Source: an uncultured Acidobacteriota bacterium
Lineage (GTDB): Bacteria > Acidobacteriota > Thermoanaerobaculia > Multivoradales > UBA5704
Reading direction: 5' to 3'
Length of the DNA: 64,000 nucleotides
Assembly (NCBI GenBank): GCA_963832495.1
Contig: CAWHUF010000014.1
Location: 279,308-343,307, forward strand
Under the pieces are notes generated by a model. The model was not told where the DNA came from, did no database searches, and worked only from the letters and a program-made list of their open reading frames with translations. The position numbers were made by a program, and so were the translations under genes. This document shows positions 60,370 to 64,000 of the stretch, piece by piece; the first letter of the stretch is position 1; each line of letters begins with the position of its first letter.

Positions 60370-62282
60370 CGGTGGAGCTCCAGCCCGAACCCCCGGGGAC
60401 GGTCCTCGGGACGCGTGGGGATGCGCACCCGCACTTCCTCCCCCGTGATCTGGAAACGCGGGCTCATGCGGAAGAACCGGCTCAGCCGCCGGCCCGTGTC
60501 GAACACCTGCACCGGCCGCCCTCCCGGATCGAGCCGCAGCTCGCGCAGCTTCAGGTCCGTGGACTCGCGGGGCACCCAGAGCACGAGAGAGACCATGTCC
60601 CCTGGCCGGATCCTCAGCTCCTCCGGCAGGCGGCCCACCAGATAGGGCGCCTGGTCCGGCCGCCGGACCCGCAGCTCCTGTGGAGCGCCGTCCGGCTCCC
60701 AGAGGTGCCGCACCACCATCACCGGCTCGCCGCGGCTCACGAAAGGCCGTTCGCCCAGGATCTGCACCTGCGACCAGGGGACCCGGTCGATACGGCTCCG
60801 GTAGAAGTCGGCGTCCGGCCCGTCGAGCCGGCTCTGGGGGAAGACCTCCACATCCGCACGGTTCAGGAAGACGGGGCCGACGGACTTCAGGCTGTCCGTC
60901 CGGGTGAGCAGCGGCCGGCGCGGCCTGCCACCCACCTGGAAGGCCCCCATCCCCCGCTCATAGACCACGTGGCGGAGCCCGAACGGCTCCAGGGTGTCGA
61001 GCAGGAGCCGGTTCGCCGCCTGGAACGTCGTGGGCACGATACGGTAGTAGACGATCTGCCACTGCTGGGCCAGGAGGGCCGCGATGATCGCAGGCATCGC
61101 GATCCAGATCACCGCCGCCACCGGCTCCCACGCCAGCGGGCTCACCCGGTCCGCCAGCCACCGCCAGAGCGCGACCATGGCCCACGCGGCGGCGAGCGAG
61201 GAGAACGGCACGACGGGCAGGTAGTTCTGCCCCCGGAACAGGGTCATCCCCAGCGAGTGGACGACCGAGTAACCCAGCAGCAGGCTCAACACCAGGATCG
61301 AGCCCAGGCGCTGCTCCGGGGAGTGTTCGAATCCCTCAGGAATTGGCCGCCAGATCCGCCACAGCAGACCCGCGATGCCGAGGGCCACGAACGCCGCCAC
61401 CACCGGGCCGTGGTGCTCCACCAGGAACTCCACCTGCCGCCCGAACACCACCCAGTGGTTGCTCTCCTCCTCGACCCCCTTGGCCGCGTAGCCGTTGACC
61501 AGCCTGGGGATGAACTTGAAGACCACGCCCAGGAACGGGTTGAGGATCACGAAGGTGGCGACCGAGGCCACACCCGCGGCGATCAGCCATCCCCACTGGC
61601 GTCTGTCCCGCCAGCCGTTCACCAGCGTGGCGGCCACGATGGGGATCGATCCCGCGATTCCCGTGTACTTGGTCGAGACGGCCAGCCCCACGCCAAATCC
61701 CACGAGGAGATAGCGGCCCAGGCTCGGCCGGAAGGCGGCGCCGAGCGTCCAATAGAAAGTCAGCGTCACCAGCAGGATGACCAGGATGTCCGGCTTGAAC
61801 TCGACCGAGCTCAGCACGTGCCGGGGGAATGCGGCCAAGACCGCCGCCGCCACCAGCCCCACCTCGGGCGACCAGATCCGCCGGCCGATCAGGAACAGGA
61901 GCAGCAGGCTCAAGGTCCCGTAGATCACGTTGACCATCCGGCACAGCAAGTAGGCCGTGGGCGAGTAGCCGTCCGTCGTGTCCTTGTAGATCGAGAAAGG
62001 CTGATACCGCGTCGCCCGGTAGAGCCCCTGGCTCGCGGCCAGCACCGCCGCCTGCGGCAGATAGGACAGGCTGAGATAGAAGGCGTGCCGGGGCCGGAAG
62101 TCCCCGTCCTGCAGGAGCACCGTGATGTTCTTGAACGTGAACCGCTCGTCGAAATAGCGGCTGGCGTTCAGGCCCTGGCTGGCGTCCCACGTCCGCAGCG
62201 CGAAGCTCACGGCGAGCAGCACGATCAGCAGCCACCCGATGGGGAGGCTGGACGGACCTGGACGGGAGTCGGCTGGAGGCAT
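60333..62282 (-). CDS. GT39/ArnT-like membrane glycosyltransferase (dolichyl-phosphate-mannose protein mannosyltransferase family)
   Basis: I chose the start at internal Met MPPADSRPG, followed by a TM helix. The N-terminal third is multi-TM with loop motifs (FDERFTFKN ... YLSLSY). A large C-terminal soluble part follows. The track ORF extends further 5' with low-complexity sequence. Confidence 0.55.
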   Translation of the reverse strand: MPPADSRPGPSSLPIGWLLIVLLAVSFALRTWDASQGLNASRYFDERFTFKNITVLLQDGDFRPRHAFYLSLSYLPQAAVLAASQGLYRATRYQPFSIYKDTTDGYSPTAYLLCRMVNVIYGTLSLLLLFLIGRRIWSPEVGLVAAAVLAAFPRHVLSSVEFKPDILVILLVTLTFYWTLGAAFRPSLGRYLLVGFGVGLAVSTKYTGIAGSIPIVAATLVNGWRDRRQWGWLIAAGVASVATFVILNPFLGVVFKFIPRLVNGYAAKGVEEESNHWVVFGRQVEFLVEHHGPVVAAFVALGIAGLLWRIWRPIPEGFEHSPEQRLGSILVLSLLLGYSVVHSLGMTLFRGQNYLPVVPFSSLAAAWAMVALWRWLADRVSPLAWEPVAAVIWIAMPAIIAALLAQQWQIVYYRIVPTTFQAANRLLLDTLEPFGLRHVVYERGMGAFQVGGRPRRPLLTRTDSLKSVGPVFLNRADVEVFPQSRLDGPDADFYRSRIDRVPWSQVQILGERPFVSRGEPVMVVRHLWEPDGAPQELRVRRPDQAPYLVGRLPEELRIRPGDMVSLVLWVPRESTDLKLRELRLDPGGRPVQVFDTGRRLSRFFRMSPRFQITGEEVRVRIPTRPEDRPRGFGLELHRWRPAPPPPAVP

Positions 62283-62320
62283 GGCGGCTCGGGCTTTCAA
62301 AACGCAGACGGGGGATGGTA

Positions 62321-63451
62321 CTAGAAAAACAACTGCCGCCCGAGGTAGAGAGCCGACGCCGCCGCGCTGACGCCGAGGAGGCCCGTCCGGAGCCGGCGGA
62401 ACCAGTCCCCGCCGTCGCACAGCAGGAGCAGGACATAGAGGCCCAGGAAGATCCGGGTGTAGTTGACGAAGTAATCCAGCACCGCAAAACGGGAGAAGGG
62501 GAGGAGGACGAGAAACGGTACCGCACACCACGCCGCCGTCCCCGCTCCCTTGATGACGGCCCAGATCAGCATCGTTGCCACGCTCAGGAGCAGGGCGAGG
62601 GACAGCCCTTCGTACAGGAGCTTCCCCGTGAGATCACCCCGCAGAAGCCGCAGGGCCGCTTCCAGGATCCCGCCGAGCGGCGGACCGAAGCTCTCCCCGA
62701 CCGGTATGTTCCCCTGAGGCACCCGCAGCAGCACCCAGGCGTTCCAGGCGACCGCGGGGAGCTGCCCGGCCGCGATCGCGAGAGCCTCCCTCCACCGGCG
62801 CTCCCGGAGCGACAGTGCCGCGAAGAGAGCCACGTGCAGCAGGTAGGTATCCCGGGCCAGTGACGCCAGGAGCAGGGAGATCGCGACGCCCCACGGCTGC
62901 CGGGACCGGTAGAAGCCGAGCGCCGCCACCAGGAACACCAGGGCGAACAGGTCGGCCGTCGACATCGCCAGGCACACCCAGAGCCCCTGGAAGGCCAGCA
63001 CGCCGAGCGCCCATCCAGGAGTCTCCCGCAACCCTCCAAAGGCCAGCAGCGCCACGAGGGCGACCGCCGATCCCACGTTCAGGAAGACCAGCGCCCACGG
63101 GACCGCCCGTGGAGAGCCCAGCGCGAGCCCGTGAGCGAGCGCCGGCCAGAGGATCCGGCGGGCCCGGTAGCGCGGGTTGTCGAGCGCCGCGAGCGTCCCC
63201 TCGTGACGGAGCAGGGGATCGTAGGCCAGGGCGAGGAAAAACTGGCCGTCGTAGCCGACCTCCCCAGGATGGACGAACGCCTCGCTCCTCGGCAGAAAAG
63301 GGGAAAGGGGAAGCGCGTCCCCGATCCGGAAGAAGCCGGTGACATTCCCGCCGAACCCCAGGAACAGCAGCGACGCGGTCACGGCAAGGATCACCAAGGC
63401 GGCCAGGATGACCACACTCCACTGTTTCAGCACGGGGGCGAAGAGTAGCAC
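62321..63451 (-). CDS. polytopic integral membrane protein of unknown function
   Basis: A 376-aa protein, almost entirely hydrophobic helices. It lies in the glycosylation gene neighbourhood. Confidence 0.5.
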   Translation of the reverse strand: MLLFAPVLKQWSVVILAALVILAVTASLLFLGFGGNVTGFFRIGDALPLSPFLPRSEAFVHPGEVGYDGQFFLALAYDPLLRHEGTLAALDNPRYRARRILWPALAHGLALGSPRAVPWALVFLNVGSAVALVALLAFGGLRETPGWALGVLAFQGLWVCLAMSTADLFALVFLVAALGFYRSRQPWGVAISLLLASLARDTYLLHVALFAALSLRERRWREALAIAAGQLPAVAWNAWVLLRVPQGNIPVGESFGPPLGGILEAALRLLRGDLTGKLLYEGLSLALLLSVATMLIWAVIKGAGTAAWCAVPFLVLLPFSRFAVLDYFVNYTRIFLGLYVLLLLCDGGDWFRRLRTGLLGVSAAASALYLGRQLFF

Positions 63452-63495
63452 CTTGTGCTAGCATGCGGGTCGTCCCCTGTGCGGTAGGCGTCATC

Positions 63496-64000
63496 ATGCA
63501 GAAAGATCAAGACGGCAAGCTGAAAATCCTGATCTGCCTGCTCTACTACCTGCCGCACCGTACCGGTCTGACCCTCTACGTCCAGCAGCTCGCCGAGCGC
63601 CTGGCAGCCCGTGGGCACCAGGTGACCGTCCTCTGCGCCCGGCACTCCCGGGACACGCCCCTGGGCGAATCCATCGAGAACGGCGTCCGGGTCGTCCGCC
63701 TCTGGCCCCTGCCCTTCGCCGTCAGCCGTGGCATGGTGCTGCCCGGCTATCCCCGGGCGCTCTTCCGCCTGATCCGCGAGCACGACGTGGTGAGCGTCCA
63801 CACGCCCATGTTCGAAACGGCCCTCATCAGTCTGGCCGCGCGCATGACGGGCCGGCGGGTCGTCGTCACCCACCACGGCGACCTGGTGCTGCCCGCGGGG
63901 GCGCGCAACCGGGTGATCACGGCCGTCCTGTTCGGCTTCTACCGCTTCATGGCGAGCGCGGCCCCGGCCTTCGTCTGCCATACCCTGGACTACGCCCGCC
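63496..64000 (+). CDS. glycosyltransferase family 4 (GT4), 3' end outside window
   Basis: It begins MQKDQDGKLKILICLLYYLPHRTGLTLYVQQLAERLAARGHQVTVLC, a typical GT4 N-terminal Rossmann domain. Confidence 0.65.
   Translation, partial: MQKDQDGKLKILICLLYYLPHRTGLTLYVQQLAERLAARGHQVTVLCARHSRDTPLGESIENGVRVVRLWPLPFAVSRGMVLPGYPRALFRLIREHDVVSVHTPMFETALISLAARMTGRRVVVTHHGDLVLPAGARNRVITAVLFGFYRFMASAAPAFVCHTLDYAR

Noticed and set aside
63427-63981. 184-aa minus-strand ORF
   Set aside because: It is antisense to the GT4 glycosyltransferase N-terminal Rossmann domain, which has clear family motifs. It is spurious.

Overview
This 64 kb window is a high-GC contig, roughly 68-70% GC by eye, from a Gram-negative bacterium. 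TonB-dependent receptors, lipobox lipoproteins, an IPTL-CTERM protein, sigma-54 and Ser/Thr-kinase signalling point that way. A metagenome-assembled Acidobacteria-, Myxococcota- or Gemmatimonadota-like origin is plausible but unproven. Coding density is high, and many long antisense ORFs in the six-frame track are GC artefacts. Main content follows.

(i) Two FtsX/MacB-type ABC permeases sit at the left edge, followed by a 21-bp tandem repeat.

(ii) A frameshifted sigma-54-dependent NtrC-type response regulator (2139-3561) precedes a co-directional, tightly packed operon. The operon encodes a 1505-aa protein ending in FN3 domains, a snapalysin-like (HExxHxxGxxD) metalloprotease, a 2456-aa protein with three LamG/DUF1080-like jelly-roll modules, and an NtrB-type histidine kinase.

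(iii) Convergent to this operon is a tandem array of six paralogous genes (17944-20843, minus strand). Each encodes a ~110-aa protein with a Sec-type signal peptide and a diversified mature domain carrying 8 conserved cysteines. Each has its own RBS, a conserved 5' leader and intergenic hairpin terminators. I regard this array as the most likely undescribed system in the window.

(iv) The next block holds a BON lipoprotein, a SEC-C motif protein, and an M36 (HELTHG) peptidase with P-domain, DUF11 and an IPTL-CTERM sorting signal.

(v) A decayed patch (26.1-29.2 kb) carries TonB-receptor, acyl-CoA synthetase and alpha/beta-hydrolase fragments around an intact SDR gene.

(vi) Further on are a TPR-Ser/Thr kinase, gpmA, and an orphan RiPP-like precursor with a GG leader and Cys/Ser-rich core. 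A glycoside hydrolase and a dimethylargininase follow.

(vii) An asnA pseudogene is split by a strongly AT-shifted 2.9-kb single-gene insertion. The insert encodes a 972-aa HD-phosphohydrolase plus GHKL (HATPase_c_3) ATPase protein, a candidate defence or selfish gene. A vapBC toxin-antitoxin pair with palindromic operators and a cluster of 15-bp perfect palindromes (GAATCCAGTGGATTC) follow it.

(viii) The right half carries a frameshifted TonB-dependent receptor and hemN. Two sulfatase lipoproteins flank an SGNH-dockerin hydrolase. Downstream are a small secreted 6-Cys peptide, an RsbU/V/W-like partner-switching module with a hybrid histidine kinase, and a glycosylation cluster (flippase, GT39, GT4).

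Several genes carry single indels. I could not tell sequencing or assembly error from true pseudogenisation, except for asnA, which has several independent lesions. No rRNA, tRNA or CRISPR array was recognised by eye.
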